This document shows, piece by piece, positions 49,958 through 59,968 of a DNA stretch of 64,000 nt. The DNA lies in the NCBI GenBank assembly GCA_937927575.1, contig CALBEE010000058.1, positions 1,489 through 65,488 of the forward strand, given 5' to 3'. Each line of letters starts with the position of its first letter. Position 1 is the first letter of the stretch. The notes beneath the pieces are model-generated. The model was not told the origin of the DNA, ran no database searches, and saw nothing but the letters and a program-made list of their open reading frames with translations. Source of the DNA: an uncultured Saprospiraceae bacterium (lineage in GTDB: Bacteria > Bacteroidota > Bacteroidia > Chitinophagales > Saprospiraceae). A program made the translations under genes and the position numbers.

Positions 49958-50674
49958 CTAAGAGTTTGCTATAGCTATTGTATACATAGATATCTTTAAT
50001 CCCGGAAATTTTTTCTTCAACGACAGTGCACATGACTCCAGAGTTGCACCAGTAGTCACTACATCATCTACTAACAAAATATGACTTTGATTCAGATCAA
50101 TTCTATCAGATACAAAAAAAGATTCGGCGACATTATTAATTCTCTGTATTCTAGTCTTTGAGGTTTGAGAAGAGGTATTTTTAATCTTAAGTAAAACATC
50201 TATTCGATAAGGAATATTAGTGAACGTTGATAGGCCCTTAGCAAATGCCTCACATTGATTATATCCTCTTATACTCTTTTTAGTTTTATGTAAAGGTACT
50301 GGTATAATTAAATCAATATCATCCAAATAATTCTCTTTTGTAATATGTTCAGCAGACATTCTACCTAACATTTCACCTATGAAAAACTTTCCGCCATACT
50401 TAAGATTGTGTAATAATTCTTGGACGGCACCTTCTTTTCGAAAGTTTAAATATGCGGCGCCTTTTTCAATGGATACCCTTCCCAAAAAATGATCAGTAAA
50501 TTTGTTTTCATCAATTAAATGATGATCCGAAATAGGCAAATTATACATGCAATCAGTACATAGAAGATTATCATGACTTAACTTGTTGTGGCATCCTTCA
50601 CAAGTCTGAGGAAATATATTATTTACCAATCTAATTAATTGCTCGCTTACATTCATACTCCAAATATAAGTCAA
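49958..50674 (-). CDS. comF: ComF family protein (phosphoribosyltransferase domain)
   Basis: N-terminal Cys pairs (CEGCHNKL...CTDC). PRPP-binding loop ILLVDDVVTTGATL. Confidence 0.6.
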   Translation of the reverse strand: MTYIWSMNVSEQLIRLVNNIFPQTCEGCHNKLSHDNLLCTDCMYNLPISDHHLIDENKFTDHFLGRVSIEKGAAYLNFRKEGAVQELLHNLKYGGKFFIGEMLGRMSAEHITKENYLDDIDLIIPVPLHKTKKSIRGYNQCEAFAKGLSTFTNIPYRIDVLLKIKNTSSQTSKTRIQRINNVAESFFVSDRIDLNQSHILLVDDVVTTGATLESCALSLKKKFPGLKISMYTIAIANS

Positions 50675-50693
50675 ACCAACTTAAAATGCTTTC

Positions 50694-51302
50694 CTATTCT
50701 TCCAAAGCCTCGAAGATTTCATCAAGATCCTCATAACTCTTCACTCCTACTTTTTCTTCTTGACCACCACGTAATACTAAACCTTCTATACCTAATTTCA
50801 AAATGCTATCAATATCATTTGCTCCAAAACCGCAATCTAAATAGATTTTATTTGCCGTGCACAACTTCTTTAGATGATCTATTTGAGCTTGCGTAAATTC
50901 TTTAAACGGTAGTATTGATTTCGCTATATAAGTACGATTAGATTCCACCTTATCCAAGGTTTCGTCTAGTAATATGGTCTGAAATATTTGCCAGTCACTA
51001 TCATTTAAATTCTTATTAGCAAAAGGACCTATAATAAGATGATCTATGGACAAGGCCATTAACTGCTCATTGATATCATTCCAATCCTCTAGACCAGAGT
51101 ATTGCGCAATGCTTATCGGACCTTCCACCCAATCCATAATTTCCTTGATTTGAGTAAGATCTACATTTGGAAGAGTAAGATTATAAGAAATATAATCCAC
51201 TAACCATGCAGCAAAGTACCTTGCATCAGTTAGGTTTTGTAAATCGGCAGCTATGATTTTTGTCTTTAACATATGACTTGTTATATAATCATGATACCAC
51301 AA
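50694..51302 (-). CDS. Phosphoribosylanthranilate isomerase-like TIM-barrel protein (tentative)
   Basis: N-terminus KIIAADLQNLTDARYFAAW and C-terminus CGFGANDID...GIEGLVLRGG resemble TrpF. The likely start is the internal Met at about 51272. Confidence 0.35.
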   Translation of the reverse strand: MWYHDYITSHMLKTKIIAADLQNLTDARYFAAWLVDYISYNLTLPNVDLTQIKEIMDWVEGPISIAQYSGLEDWNDINEQLMALSIDHLIIGPFANKNLNDSDWQIFQTILLDETLDKVESNRTYIAKSILPFKEFTQAQIDHLKKLCTANKIYLDCGFGANDIDSILKLGIEGLVLRGGQEEKVGVKSYEDLDEIFEALEE

Positions 51303-51376
51303 ATGTAATGGTTTTAATAAGAACCGAATTTATTATATCTTGTTCTTTTTATTCTCTATAACCACTTATAAGACAT

Positions 51377-51712
51377 ATGACAAAACTCAAAAATAATTAT
51401 TACCAATCTGTATATGATGTTACTTGTCTAATACCAAAAGGTAGAGTAAGTACATATGGATCTATTGCTGATTATCTCTCATTAGGTTCTGCTCGAATGG
51501 TGGGTTGGGCACTTAATCAAGTTCATGCATCAGAACAAGATGTTCCTGCCCATCGAGTGATTAATAGAAAAGGAGAATTAAGTGGTCGAATGCACTTCCA
51601 AACACCAACTCTAATGCAAGAATTACTGGAAGCCGAAGGAATAGAAGTTGTTGAAGATAAAGTGGTCAACTTTAAAGAATTATATTGGCATCCAGAAGAA
51701 ATAGAATTTTAA
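51377..51712 (+). CDS. Alkyltransferase-like (ATL) protein: MGMT DNA-binding domain lacking the active-site cysteine
   Basis: Has the PAHRV motif where Ogt has PCHRV, so Cys is replaced by Ala. The helix-turn-helix region is conserved. Only 111 aa, with no N-terminal domain. Confidence 0.65.
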   Translation: MTKLKNNYYQSVYDVTCLIPKGRVSTYGSIADYLSLGSARMVGWALNQVHASEQDVPAHRVINRKGELSGRMHFQTPTLMQELLEAEGIEVVEDKVVNFKELYWHPEEIEF

Positions 51713-51713
51713 A

Positions 51714-52433
51714 GTGAAGAATATTCTCCATATGATATCTGGGCCTCGCAACTTATCTACGGCCATAATGTATTCGTTTAATAATCGAAAAGATACATTA
51801 GGTATAGACGAACCCTTTTATGCCCACTATCTAGCTACTCATCCAGAAATCAATCACCCAGGAAGAGAAGAAATCATCAAAAGTCAATCTACAAACGCTG
51901 AAAATGTAGTCTGTGAATTGTTTGATAAAGCTAAAAAAAAGCCATTCTTCTTTATAAAAAATATGGCTCATCATTTACAAGGTTTGAATCTTGATTGGTT
52001 AGATCAAGTTCAAAATATTTTTTTGATTAGACAACCGCAAAAACTCATTAATTCGTTTGCCAAAGTAATTGATAATCCTACTATAAAAGATATTGGCCTT
52101 AAAGATGAATACGAACTATATCAGCACCTAACTCAAAAAGGAGAAAATCCTATCGTTGTCGACTCTGGCGATTTACTAAATGATCCTGAAAAAATACTTA
52201 CCAAAATGTGTACGGCACTTCAAATTCCTTTCATGCATGAAATGTTAAGTTGGAAATCAGGTCCCAGAAAAATTGATGGTATATGGGCGCCTTATTGGTA
52301 TAGTAATGTTCATAAGTCTACGGGATTTTCTAGACAAAAAACAAGTGTTGAAAAAATGCATAAAAAATACGAACCATTACTTAATGAAGCACTACCTTAT
52401 TATGAAGTCCTTTACAAAGAAGCAATAAAATAA
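51714..52433 (+). CDS. Hypothetical protein, sulfotransferase-like P-loop fold (tentative)
   Basis: N-terminus ISGPRNLSTA resembles the PAPS-binding 5'-PSB loop. Separated from the upstream stop by only 1 nt. Confidence 0.3.
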   Translation: MKNILHMISGPRNLSTAIMYSFNNRKDTLGIDEPFYAHYLATHPEINHPGREEIIKSQSTNAENVVCELFDKAKKKPFFFIKNMAHHLQGLNLDWLDQVQNIFLIRQPQKLINSFAKVIDNPTIKDIGLKDEYELYQHLTQKGENPIVVDSGDLLNDPEKILTKMCTALQIPFMHEMLSWKSGPRKIDGIWAPYWYSNVHKSTGFSRQKTSVEKMHKKYEPLLNEALPYYEVLYKEAIK

Positions 52434-52437
52434 AACT

Positions 52438-53337
52438 ATGTTACAAAAATCAGATCCTAGAAATGCGAATATAAAAATTTATGTAGATGGAGAAATTGTC
52501 CATAGAAATGATGCCAAAATATCAGTTTTTGATAGTGTAGTGCAAGGAGGTGATGCGGTATGGGAAGGTCTTCGTGTGTATAAAGGTGGTATCTTCTGCT
52601 TAGATAGACATTTAAATCGATTAATGGATTCTGCCCAAGCTATGGCATTCGTAGATATACCCAGTAAAGAAGAAATTAGGAAAGCTCTGTCTGCTACTCT
52701 GATCGCCAATAGTATGACGGATGATGTTCATATACGACTAACCTTAACTAGAGGAAAGAAAACCACTTCTGGTATGGATCCAAGGCTTAATATTTTCGGA
52801 CCTACATTAATTATTGTGCCAGAATACAAACCACCAGTGTACGATAATGAAAATGGTATTTCTGTTATTACTTCCTCTATTAGGCGTAATTCACCCAATA
52901 ATTTAGACTCCAAAATTCACCACAACAATTTAATAAATAACATCCTTGCTAAAATTCAATCTAATGTAGCAGGAGCTGATGCTGCGCTTATGCTAGACAA
53001 TTATGGTTTTGCAGCAGAATTAAATGGTACTAATGTATTTATTATTAAAGACGGAAATATTTTTACTCCTCATGCTGATGCTTGTTTGCATGGTATTACT
53101 CGAGGCTTGGTAATTCAGCTAGCCAGAGAAAATAAATTCCACTGTATTGAAAAAAATATCTCACTTACTGAAATGTATTCTGCTGATGAGGTGTTTTGTA
53201 CAGGAACTATGGGTGAATTAACACCTATTATGGCAATAGATGGTCGCAAAATTCAGAATAAGTCTGATGATCGGATATTACCAAGGCTTATTCAAGCGTT
53301 TGAAGAGTCAATTCATAAATACACAGAAAAGCTTTAA
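52438..53337 (+). CDS. Class IV (fold-type IV) aminotransferase: branched-chain / D-amino-acid aminotransferase or aminodeoxychorismate lyase family
   Basis: Overall fold-IV pattern, including the NVFIIKDG...TP and GITR motifs around the PLP site. Confidence 0.65.
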   Translation: MLQKSDPRNANIKIYVDGEIVHRNDAKISVFDSVVQGGDAVWEGLRVYKGGIFCLDRHLNRLMDSAQAMAFVDIPSKEEIRKALSATLIANSMTDDVHIRLTLTRGKKTTSGMDPRLNIFGPTLIIVPEYKPPVYDNENGISVITSSIRRNSPNNLDSKIHHNNLINNILAKIQSNVAGADAALMLDNYGFAAELNGTNVFIIKDGNIFTPHADACLHGITRGLVIQLARENKFHCIEKNISLTEMYSADEVFCTGTMGELTPIMAIDGRKIQNKSDDRILPRLIQAFEESIHKYTEKL

Positions 53338-53347
53338 GCAAATTTAT

Positions 53348-53779
53348 ATGAAAAAATTAATTGGAAGTATCACCCTACTCTTTGCTTTTGCATTAACAAG
53401 CTACGCCCAATCGGACCCAACTGGTATCTGGAAGAATATTGATGATGAAGATGGTAAGGTAAAATCACACATAGAGGTATATTCGGAAGATGGTGTTTTA
53501 AAAGCCAAAGTTGCCAAGTTGCTAGATAATGCCACATTGACCGTATGTAATAAGTGTAAGGGAGAAAAGAAAGGAAAACCTTTGGTAGGTATGGAAATTA
53601 TGTGGGATCTAACGCCTGACGGCGATAACCAATGGAGTGGTGGCATTATTATGGACCCCAAAAAAGGGAAAGAATACAAGTGTAAAATAGAGTTGGTAGA
53701 AGAGAATAAGCTCAAAGTAAGAGGATATGTAGGATTTCCCACCTTTGGAAGAACACAATATTGGTATCGCTTAGAGTGA
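53348..53779 (+). CDS. DUF2147 family secreted protein
   Basis: ATG at 53348 (MKKLIGSITLLFAFALTSYAQ signal peptide). GIWKNIDDEDGKVKSHIEVY and CKGEKKGKPLVGMEIMWD resemble DUF2147. The ORF track start at 53240 overlaps the upstream gene and is unlikely. Confidence 0.55.
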   Translation: MKKLIGSITLLFAFALTSYAQSDPTGIWKNIDDEDGKVKSHIEVYSEDGVLKAKVAKLLDNATLTVCNKCKGEKKGKPLVGMEIMWDLTPDGDNQWSGGIIMDPKKGKEYKCKIELVEENKLKVRGYVGFPTFGRTQYWYRLE

Positions 53780-53867
53780 TCGTGAATTGACTTTATGACG
53801 ACACAATATTTTTGAATTGAGGATGGTTTAATAGGTGATAACACCATTAGCTAACTGAATTAACCAT

Positions 53868-54104
53868 ATGACGCATAACTACACGCCTGAATTACTTATT
53901 AAATACGTTTATGGAGAGACCGACATCGCAGATAGAATAGAATTAGAGTACCATTTAGAGCACAATACTCAAATCAGAGTTCAGTATCTAGATATACTTA
54001 ATTCTTATAAAAATGTACCTAAAGTCTCTTTTAGTCCTAAAAAAGCAACTTTAGCAAGCATTTTAAACTATAGTGCATCGACTTCTCTAGAGACCAATTA
54101 CTAA
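53868..54104 (+). CDS. Small hypothetical protein (78 aa)
   Basis: ATG-initiated ORF inside a 590-bp intergenic gap. It ends 23 nt before a strong intrinsic terminator. No known motif. Confidence 0.3.
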   Translation: MTHNYTPELLIKYVYGETDIADRIELEYHLEHNTQIRVQYLDILNSYKNVPKVSFSPKKATLASILNYSASTSLETNY

Positions 54105-54126
54105 TAAGAATTCTTAAGAAATCTAA

Positions 54127-54157
54127 GACCTGCTGTGAAAACAGCGGGTCTTTTTTT
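54127..54157 (+). terminator. Rho-independent terminator
   Basis: Stem gacctgctg / cagcgggtc (one G-U wobble), loop tgaaaa, followed by ttttttt. Confidence 0.65.
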
Positions 54158-54372
54158 GCAACTAACTAGTCAATTCAATCGAATTACGACTCCTCATCCA
54201 GCCAATTCCATAATTGGGGGTTTTCACTAATTTATAATGTTTAACTTTGTAGTGTTGCAATTGAGTCCCTTACTTATTCATTTTTAAGTTTATACTTTAA
54301 AAAGTAATTTAACGTGTATAATCTTGTTATTCAGCTTCTTAACGAAGTGAATAATCAAATATAGGGTCCGCT

Positions 54373-57300
54373 TTGATAAAAAAACTATTTTCATTTTTCG
54401 TTTTCACTTATATTTTTAGTCCTTTCGTTACGGCTCAAGTAACAGCTGATTTTTCTGCTTCGGTAACACGATCTTGTGTAAGTACACAGGTACAATTTAC
54501 CGACTTATCCTCAAGTAGTAATGGTGATATAGTCGATTGGGAATGGGATCTCAACGGCATTTTTGCTAATAAAAAAAATCCTAGCATCATATTCACCGAT
54601 CCAGGAGGCTATGATATCTGTCTTATAGCAATAGACATTGAGGGTAATAGAGATACACTTTGTAAAGAAGATTATGTCATTATTTGGGAAAAACCAGTGG
54701 CTTCCTTTATAGCAGATGAACCTGTCGGATGTTCTCCTCATGAAGTCACTTTTACCAGTACAAGTACATCTTTAAATGGATCCATTACTGAAGCAATTTG
54801 GGATGTCGGAGGATCTACAAATCTTGTGATTCTTGATGATATAGATTCAATGATTACCAGTACTTATATATCGCCAGGTACATATGGAGCGTCGCTTCTA
54901 ATTAAAGATGATAAAGGCTGTACAGCAAGTGTAAATGTTGGAGAAGCCGTAACTGTCTATCCCAAGCCTTCAATAGACTATTCTTTTGAGGTGATCAGTG
55001 GTTGCGAGCTTCCTTGGGAAGTTAGCTTTACCAACCTAATGCCTGACCCAAATACGAACTACTCATGGGATTTTGGCAACGGACAAACCTTTGACGGTCC
55101 TAATCCTCCAATTATAACTTATGATACCATCGGAAGTTTCGATCTGATCGTTGCACTTGAGAGAAATGGTTGTGTTGATACCATTAAAGAAAACGGTATA
55201 ATTAATCCAGGTGCAGCACCTGATTTTAATGTCGATCCACCTGGTGCATGCGTTAATACACCGCTTAGATTTTCAGAAACTTCACAAATTCTATCTGATA
55301 GTATATTTTGGGATTTTGGTGATGGTACCTTTAGCGAATTATCGTCTCCTATCCATACATACGATTTGGCCGACTGCTATCAAGTAAGCATGATCCGCTA
55401 TTCAGGTGACTGCATAGACACCATTGTAAAACCCTGCTTACAAATCAATCCCTCTCCAAATATTAATGTTGAAATAGATAACCAGTTTGCTTGTAGCCTT
55501 CCAGTTGAAATTGGCTTTAGTGGAGAATCAGATCAATCCGGATCCTATTTATGGACATTAACAGGATTACAAAATGATAAAGAGCTTTTTGGGGATACTA
55601 CGTCAATTTTAATTAATGAAAATGGTGATTTTGCTGTAGAACTGAATTTCATTTCTGACCAAGGTTGTACCGTCGATATCGAAAATCTAGATGTTATTAT
55701 AGAAACTTTCGAAGCATCATTACCAGATAATTCCATCGAAGGATGTAGTCCACTTGATGTTTCATTGGTAGACAACATTACGTCCAACTTAGAAATTGTG
55801 AAATGGGAATGGTCCGTTCTAGGAAACACTACCTTTTCTTTTGATGTTGAGAATCCTAATTTCACGATTACAGACACTGGAAGGTATGATGTTCAATTAA
55901 TTGTCGAAAATGAAATAGGTTGTATTGATACCGTTATTATAGAAGAATATATTAAAGTGGGTATTCCTCCAGAAGTAGACTTTTTTGCTTCGCCACTTGA
56001 AGATTGTATTTTGACACCGAAGAATTTTACCTCTCTTTCTAGTAGTTATGCAGATGCTTGGGTTTGGGGAACCGATGGCACCGACACTATCAGTACCGAA
56101 GAATTTCCAACTTTATATTTACCCACAGCCATCGTTTGGGATATTTCACTAACTGCCTACCATAATGGCTGTGCAAATACTATAATAAAGGAAGGGTATA
56201 TTAATATATTAGAACCCGGAGTAAGCTATGTCATAGAATATGATTGCGATGATCCATATACAATAACTCTTGACGACAGAACAACTGGCGCGGATTCATC
56301 TTATTGGGAAATAGAGTTAAGTCCTAATGAAAGAGATACGTTTTTTAATACCAATCTACAAGAGTATACATTTCCTGATAGAGGTAGATATCTTATTAAT
56401 CATTACGCGATTAATTATGAAACAGGATGCGAACATTATCGTATAGATACTATAATTATTACCGACCCTCAAGCTATAATGGCACTAGATACTTTAAGTG
56501 GTTGTGCTCCACTTAATATAAATGTAACTGGTGAAAGTCAAGATGCATTACAAATAGAATACATTATTCCTGGAGCTACGATCGATAGTTCATTATCCGT
56601 ATTAGATCCTATACTAACCTATAATGAAAGTGGTCCTTTCCTTGGACCAAAATTGGTGATTACTGATTATCATGGATGTCAAGACAGTATTCAAATTATT
56701 GACTCTGTCCTGGTCAATGCCGCTACAGCTATTCCAGAATATGAAGACGGCGTATGTGTTCCGGACTCTTCAGAATTAGTCGACTTAAGTGTAGATCGAC
56801 TTGGAGAAATTATTGATCGTAGATGGTATTTCGATAATGCAAATATAATTTCTAATGAAGAATCACTTTATGTACAAATTACTGAAAATAAATTCTATAA
56901 TTTGAGTCTTGTTGTTACAGATGATTGGGGATGTAAAGATAGCATCTATGTGAATCAAAGCATCTACGGCTCTTTACTGAATCCTAATTTTTCGACTCCA
57001 GACACATTAACTTGTACTAATAATACTATTCGATTTTTTTTAGAAAACGAACAACAAGATATAGTAGATTATCTCTGGGACTTTGGAGATGGAAATGTAT
57101 CAACTGTAAAAAAGCCATTTCACAAATATGAAGAAGAAGGTCAATACACTGTATGTCTTACTATCAATGATATATACAATTGTCCGAGATCAATTTGTTT
57201 AGAAAATTATGTGACTGTATTAGATCCTGTTGCCAATTTCTCGGCTGATCCTACATATAAAATTTGCCCACCCTTAATTACTAATTTTGTAAATAATTCA

Positions 57301-59955
57301 ATCAATAGTAATAATTACACCTGGTTATTTGGAGATAATAGTGGAACGTCTGACTTGGAAAATCCTTCTCATATTTATAACGATCCAGGAAGTTTTGACG
57401 TCACATTAATAGCCAGTAGTACTAATAAATGTTCTGACACGCTTACCTTAAATGAATATATAAATGTGGACGGTCCTAGCGGAAGTTTTGAATTCGTATC
57501 TGACTCTTCTTGTCTACCTTTAACTATTACGCTAATAGCAACATCGAATGATGTATACACATTTGGTTGGGATTATGGTAATGGAGAAACATCAATTTCC
57601 GCTATCCCTTCAATAAATGACACAGTAGAATATACATATATAAATACAGGAGCATACAGTCCTAAACTCATTCTATCTGATGGCAATGGTTGTATTAGAA
57701 GTTTTACTTCTGATACTGTTTTTGTAAATAGTTTAGAACTAGACTTTAGCACAAATTTAGAAACAAGTTGTACATTGCCTACAACTATTACACTTGAAAA
57801 TTTAAGCGAATCTAGTAATTCAAATGTTACGTATAATTGGGATATAATAGGTAGTCAAAACTACAATTTTGAAAGCGAAAATGTCAATTTTGAAATAAAT
57901 GAATTAGGGAGCTATAATGTCTTATTGAGTGCAGCATCAGAAAACTGTATAGATACCATTAGTATGGATTCTTTACTTAATATAGGAAGTACGCCCGTAG
58001 CAGATTTCGTTTTGACTTCAGACCAATTATGTCAAGAAGTACTTGCAGTATTCCAAAACAATAGTACGAATGAATATGGTGCGATTGTAAATTACGAGTG
58101 GAATTTTGGAGAAGAATTTACGTCAAATGAAGAGCAAGGAGAAATAACTTTCGACACACCAGAAAGTAATATAATTTCTCTTCAGGTTACTACAGAATTT
58201 GGATGTACAGACTCCACTAGTCAAATAATAGAAATACTGCCGAATATTGTTCCTTCACTGCCAGAAGACTATACAATGTGTATAGGTGATAGCATACAGA
58301 TACTTACCTCACTAATAGGAACAGGAATTGAAGAAACAACATTTAGTTGGAGTCCTCAAAACAATCTCTCATGTCACGATTGTATTCAACCTGTCGCCAA
58401 TCCTATTGATAGCACTATGTATATTCTTACGTCCGAAAATGGCAATGGTTGTATAAGCAATGATACCATGTTAATACATGTTGTCCCTATTCTAGGACCC
58501 CAACTTTCACTTAGTATGGATACTATTATTTGTGATAAAGACACCGCCTTTATTTCCATCACAAATTATGACGATGCTCTAAATTATAGCTGGTCTGATT
58601 CACCAACTTTAAGTTGCAATGATTGCGAATACGCAAATGCCTATCCAGAAGAAGATACTTATTACTTAGTAACAGTAAGTAATGAATTTGGATGTTTCAA
58701 AACGGATAGTCTATTGGTAAAAGTAGAAAGAAACATAAATGATTTTTTACTAGAAGAAAGAGGAATTTGTGAAGACAGTACAACTGTAATATCAGTAGAT
58801 GAAGCCGTTCTAAATCCAATATGGGAAAGTGAATCAAGTCTATCCTGTAGCGAATGTTATGAAGCTATCGCTGCACCCAACGAAAATCAATATTATTATG
58901 TAAATGTAACTAGTCCGGCTGGATGTGCATATAGAGATTCTGTTTACGTTATAGTTGTTCCAGAGTTCTCCATTAGCGTTAGTGAAGATGGACTTATCTG
59001 TGCTGGAGAAGAGTTTACTTTATCTTCCACTGGAGTAGGATCAGTTCAATGGACACCTAACCTTAACCTCAGTAATGATACTATATCTAATGTAATTTGC
59101 CAGCCCAATGAAAGTACTTTATATACAGTTGCATATACTTTTGACGAATGCATACAATCAGAAAATATCGCAGTAGAAGTAATCTACAAAGCCGACCTAA
59201 ATGCCACAGGAGATACGATTTGTGTAGACGAATCCGCCCTTCTTACAGCTGAAGGAATCGTAGATAATTATGTTTGGTATGACTCTTCTGAAGAAGTAAT
59301 TTCAACATCGGATAGCTTAATATATAATACATTAGAAAGCGAATATTTAACCGTTGTTGGAAGATTTGGTCTATGTGAAGAAGATACGGCAATCGTATAT
59401 GTGAAAGTAGAACCAGAAATCGATGTAACGATAAACACTTTTAACTACGAACTATTCATCAATAGTGCTGAAGTGGTTGATATCGACTATGATGCATCAG
59501 CTGATTATATTTATTCTTGGTCACCAGCAGAAGGTCTAAGTTGTAATGATTGTCCAGATCCGAAAATCAAAAATTTGGAACAGGCTATGATATACACACT
59601 CACCGTAACAGATCAAAATACTGGCTGTATAATTGAAGAAAATATATCTGTAAGATTTATAAATCTATGTTCTGAAAAAGCGTTTTATATTCCAAATATT
59701 TTCTCTCCAAATGGTGATGGTGTTAATGATAATTTCAAAATAATTGCCGAACGACCAGAAGAGTTTAATGAAATAAGATTATTTGATAGGTGGGGAAATC
59801 AATTATACGCTAGTGATAATATCCTTGATGCTTGGGATGGCACTTATAAAGGAGAGCCATTGATGCCAGGGGTATATGTTTATCGGATAGACTATACTTG
59901 CTTAGAAACTGGCGAACAATTAAATGTCTACGGAGATATAACTGTAATGAGATAA
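54373..59955 (+). CDS. Giant (1860 aa) secreted multi-PKD-domain protein with Cys-rich W-x-P...SCxDC modules and T9SS type B (gliding-motility) C-terminal domain
   Basis: Signal peptide. At least 12 PKD-like units marked by W(D/E)(F/W/Y)G(D/N)G motifs. Five ~90-aa modules with WSP...LSC(N/H)DC...GC (nt ~58345-59660). C-terminal ~90 aa YIPNIFSPNGDGVNDNF...VYRIDY matches the type B CTD. Confidence 0.75.
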   Translation: MIKKLFSFFVFTYIFSPFVTAQVTADFSASVTRSCVSTQVQFTDLSSSSNGDIVDWEWDLNGIFANKKNPSIIFTDPGGYDICLIAIDIEGNRDTLCKEDYVIIWEKPVASFIADEPVGCSPHEVTFTSTSTSLNGSITEAIWDVGGSTNLVILDDIDSMITSTYISPGTYGASLLIKDDKGCTASVNVGEAVTVYPKPSIDYSFEVISGCELPWEVSFTNLMPDPNTNYSWDFGNGQTFDGPNPPIITYDTIGSFDLIVALERNGCVDTIKENGIINPGAAPDFNVDPPGACVNTPLRFSETSQILSDSIFWDFGDGTFSELSSPIHTYDLADCYQVSMIRYSGDCIDTIVKPCLQINPSPNINVEIDNQFACSLPVEIGFSGESDQSGSYLWTLTGLQNDKELFGDTTSILINENGDFAVELNFISDQGCTVDIENLDVIIETFEASLPDNSIEGCSPLDVSLVDNITSNLEIVKWEWSVLGNTTFSFDVENPNFTITDTGRYDVQLIVENEIGCIDTVIIEEYIKVGIPPEVDFFASPLEDCILTPKNFTSLSSSYADAWVWGTDGTDTISTEEFPTLYLPTAIVWDISLTAYHNGCANTIIKEGYINILEPGVSYVIEYDCDDPYTITLDDRTTGADSSYWEIELSPNERDTFFNTNLQEYTFPDRGRYLINHYAINYETGCEHYRIDTIIITDPQAIMALDTLSGCAPLNINVTGESQDALQIEYIIPGATIDSSLSVLDPILTYNESGPFLGPKLVITDYHGCQDSIQIIDSVLVNAATAIPEYEDGVCVPDSSELVDLSVDRLGEIIDRRWYFDNANIISNEESLYVQITENKFYNLSLVVTDDWGCKDSIYVNQSIYGSLLNPNFSTPDTLTCTNNTIRFFLENEQQDIVDYLWDFGDGNVSTVKKPFHKYEEEGQYTVCLTINDIYNCPRSICLENYVTVLDPVANFSADPTYKICPPLITNFVNNSINSNNYTWLFGDNSGTSDLENPSHIYNDPGSFDVTLIASSTNKCSDTLTLNEYINVDGPSGSFEFVSDSSCLPLTITLIATSNDVYTFGWDYGNGETSISAIPSINDTVEYTYINTGAYSPKLILSDGNGCIRSFTSDTVFVNSLELDFSTNLETSCTLPTTITLENLSESSNSNVTYNWDIIGSQNYNFESENVNFEINELGSYNVLLSAASENCIDTISMDSLLNIGSTPVADFVLTSDQLCQEVLAVFQNNSTNEYGAIVNYEWNFGEEFTSNEEQGEITFDTPESNIISLQVTTEFGCTDSTSQIIEILPNIVPSLPEDYTMCIGDSIQILTSLIGTGIEETTFSWSPQNNLSCHDCIQPVANPIDSTMYILTSENGNGCISNDTMLIHVVPILGPQLSLSMDTIICDKDTAFISITNYDDALNYSWSDSPTLSCNDCEYANAYPEEDTYYLVTVSNEFGCFKTDSLLVKVERNINDFLLEERGICEDSTTVISVDEAVLNPIWESESSLSCSECYEAIAAPNENQYYYVNVTSPAGCAYRDSVYVIVVPEFSISVSEDGLICAGEEFTLSSTGVGSVQWTPNLNLSNDTISNVICQPNESTLYTVAYTFDECIQSENIAVEVIYKADLNATGDTICVDESALLTAEGIVDNYVWYDSSEEVISTSDSLIYNTLESEYLTVVGRFGLCEEDTAIVYVKVEPEIDVTINTFNYELFINSAEVVDIDYDASADYIYSWSPAEGLSCNDCPDPKIKNLEQAMIYTLTVTDQNTGCIIEENISVRFINLCSEKAFYIPNIFSPNGDGVNDNFKIIAERPEEFNEIRLFDRWGNQLYASDNILDAWDGTYKGEPLMPGVYVYRIDYTCLETGEQLNVYGDITVMR

Positions 59956-59968
59956 GGTGGATTCATAA

